Assembly (NCBI RefSeq): GCF_964204645.1
Contig: NC_134030.1
Span: 8,705,122 to 8,769,121, forward strand
Length of the DNA: 64,000 nt
From: Tubulanus polymorphus
Taxonomy: Eukaryota; Animalia; Nemertea
Reading direction: 5' to 3'
Under the pieces are notes generated by a model. It had not been told where the DNA came from, searched no databases, and was given only the letters and a program-made list of their open reading frames with translations. The position numbers and the translations under genes were made by a program. Below are positions 60,725 through 64,000 of this stretch, in pieces; the stretch's first letter is position 1; each line of letters begins with the position of its first letter.

Positions 60725-63230
60725 TCGCGTTATATTCTATGAAATCAGATCATTTTTCCTAAATCTATTCCTCAAGAGGTCTATAGGGCCAACAGCAGTC
60801 AGAATATTGACTTATACATGTGACGTCAATATTTATCGGTCGATTTCGAGCGAATGCATGTATCTCTATATAAAATGAGAATATATCGTCGATTAACCGT
60901 TATTAAGATTCCACGATGTCTGTGGCACGGGGTGTAGATAGGTGTTGGTAAATATACAATGCATTTACTTCATACATCCACCGCCTCGTCGATATCGAAT
61001 ACCACCTTCGAGTTGTTATTTCTACGCGTGAATCAAAACAGCCCCGGTAGAGTTTTAATGCTCGGAGACAGAGCGTTAAATTATTTAGTTGTCGATCGTC
61101 AAAGAACAAAATGCGATGCGCTAGTCGAAGGTCTACCGTTAATAGGTAGGCCTTCGACTTTTACTGCCTGTCGTGTTCTATATACCGTATGTACTCATTA
61201 AATCCCGTGGCATAACAATATTTCGGCTCAATTTGTAACAAGGCCGAGGCTAATTTGTTACAACACATTACATATTATAATCCGGCCAACATCCGATGCG
61301 GTGGAACAAATAATCAGACGCTTTTTTAAAACGAACAGATACATATGTCCATTATTCCTTATATCATTAACACATTTTTTATATGAAACGAGATCGTCTC
61401 AACCTTAGAGTATGATATAGTTTTTATCACATTTTATATGCACGCTAATGATACACCAAAAATGCCGATTGTCACAAGGCAAATCAGATGGAAAACATTA
61501 ATCAATTGGAGTCGACTTAGATATGAAAAGGTCGTCCGCGTGTCATTGAGGGTCGATCTAGAAAAACAGAATGCTTCAGCGCCGGTATCTCCAGTATCGA
61601 ATGAGTCTGTACGACCATGTACAGCTTTATCTCGTTCCAAGTTTTCAGTATTGGTAGTTTGGTGGTAGGCGGCAGCAATGCTGCTGGTAAACGTATGAAG
61701 TGCACACACCACTCTCGAGGGCTCTCTTGTTAGTTCCTGGAAATACTGAAAATCAATGCCGTCGAATTATCATTTATGTATGAAAAATGAAAATTATTTC
61801 CGAGAAATTTCATGCGGTCTGTTATCATGAAATGTCACATGTTATCGCCGGGCAGTTTGTGTTTGCATTCAATGATTGAAATGTTGGAAAGAGACGTCAC
61901 ATCATTTTAGTCACATGCCCAGATTTGACATTATTACATACAGCTTTACAAGTGCAGTTACAGTCGATAACAGACGTATAATATGTGCCGTGCGCATATT
62001 ATATATACCATGGCTTATACGGTATATCTTGATCCTAAACCCAACAAAATATCTATAGTCGCGAATCCATGACCCTTTTATGAATTTCCAAAAAAGGCTA
62101 GACCCCAATGCCTATTTCATTCCGTGATATATCGAATCTTTATTCTTTACACCTCAAGGGTTAATGCGACAGCTGAATTCCGCTTTATTAGAATCATGAA
62201 AATAGCGAACATTAATAAACGAATCGCGCGGCTTGCGCGGAGACACTGAAAAACGTTACTGCTTACTATATACATATGTATTGTAAAATTGTTTGTACCG
62301 CATTTGAAATTATTTGGATGTATCAACAAGTTAGTGTTCTGTGCAATTTTTGTAAGCAAATCCAATGATTATAAACAGACGGTCAGCCCTTAATAAATAT
62401 ACGATGCAAAAGGAAAACACTAGACCGAATGCAATGAAGCATACACATTTTAATGAATATACATACCTTCAAACAGCTGCTTTGTTGTCGTGTAGCCAAT
62501 ACGTAATTCCAATATGTCTAGGATGTATATATGTGGTGTTTTAGGTGTTTAGGGAGGACCGTCGTTCGTGGTACGCGTATCCCTATCCAGCGCCCTATTG
62601 CCTCTACTACAACGGCGGCTGTTATACCAGCGCTCCACAACCGATTCATATAATCGTCGTTCTGAGCAAATAGCGTCGATTTTTTTCTCCGAAATGAGAG
62701 TCGGCGAACGTCGTCGTCGTCGTCATCTATTTATTCGTGCAGCTATATCGACCAGATGAAGAGCTTTCACCTCATGACTTACATTCAACCATTATTATAT
62801 TCGACTATTTTTCGACCACATATCCCTCTCGTAGCTCCTTTATACCACACGTCTATACGGAACAACGTTATGTGTGCGTGTTTAAAATATATATTTCTTG
62901 TTCGTTGTGCATGATGCAATAGTTAATATGTAAACCATATGAAAGATGCACAGGTGAATGAAATATATTCCAGTCTTTTCAGCAGTTGGTTCTTGTCGGA
63001 ATTGAATACTTTTTTCGAATATATTTAGGTCGGCCAATTGGCAATTCAATTCACACGAAAAAACTCGATCGAAACAGTGCGGGTAGCATGCTGTGATCGT
63101 GAAGAATGCGATGTTAAAATACTGTTCTATATTATGTTTATTTTTCGAGTGTGGCCAACTCCGACGATTGAATTCGCAATTAAAAAGTTACGGCCTAATA
63201 TGTTTTAAACATAACTAATGAGAGAAATTT

Positions 63231-63233
<3 letters not shown>

Positions 63234-63308
<75 letters not shown>
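63234..63308. repeat. (AT)n microsatellite
   Basis: About 37 perfect AT units. Confidence 0.98.
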
Positions 63309-63309
<1 letters not shown>

Positions 63310-64000
63310 TTAAAAACGCCCACTTAACGGGACTTACATATGAGACCTGCAAATCGGGCCCTAGTAGAAGGGCATGTTTTTGAGCTACCAATGAAAGTCA
63401 AATCGGTATAAAACCACCTGAAGAGACGATGTATCACTTCAGTTAGTCGATGTATTGCTTTCCCTTTATGAAAATGACTTTTCCTTTCAGACCGATTTTT
63501 TGGGCCTGTCCCCGTAATCCCTTTGGGTCTTTAACCCTTTCACACCTAAAATTTTTTATTAAAAAAAAAATATTAAATTTCCGTTAAATCATCATCAAGC
63601 TAACCATAACACCCCCGGCAGCTATCGAAATGAACAGATTACATATTCTATTGCAGTTTACAAAATTACTCGGCCAATTTAAAAGGAAAGATGGTATCAT
63701 TATCTTAGCCTTAGAGATCCTTAGACCAACGAAATGATTAATGATGAACTAGTTAATTTTGGGCTTGGGTAATCTAAATAAAATGCCGCTGACACATAAT
63801 GCAAGATTGCTGAGAATTCACAAATTGTTAGTAGAGGCTAAATTTGTCACGTAAGAAAATCATATCGTGACGTTGGCATACAATGGTGCGCGCCGATTGG
63901 CCGTTCCGTCACGCAAATGCTTTAAAGGTGCGGCCGGAACTGCATCCGAAAATCTGCATCCCAATTGTATCTCATTTTGGAGTTGTGTCATGCAGATATA

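Noticed and set aside
61434-61745. Second small hydrophobic-tailed ORF upstream of the 285-aa gene
   Set aside because: No in-frame ATG even after splicing to the candidate upstream exon (donor at about 62466), which has a stop in that frame. Probably UTR or intron.

Overview
AT-rich genomic DNA from a eukaryotic invertebrate animal (lophotrochozoan-like is only an impression), with spliceosomal introns. From left to right it holds: the end of a long disordered ORF (1-1473); the last two exons of AGPS, ending in a peroxisomal SKL signal; an ERI1 exoribonuclease with an uninterrupted CDS (-); a 243-bp tandem array made of repeated exon+intron-like units; two intact, ~99.7% identical 6.1-kb DIRS1-like tyrosine-recombinase retrotransposons (gag; RT-RNaseH-methyltransferase-like; YR; ITRs plus ICR); three intronless rhodopsin-class GPCR paralogs; a 14-coding-exon hnRNP A/B gene (-) with a very long Gly/Tyr-rich tail, one intron of which hosts two GPCRs and one DIRS; an HP1/CBX gene (+) head-to-head with the hnRNP gene; and an orphan tail-anchored protein. 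Highlights: (1) an invertebrate CBX-hnRNPA bidirectional pair linked to AGPS, resembling the vertebrate Hox-flanking block; (2) a SNP that co-varies between the ICR and the terminus within each DIRS copy, plus a candidate spliceosomal intron in the DIRS leader; (3) the modular phase-1 exon design of the hnRNP low-complexity domain. All gene models were built by eye from splice signals and translation.
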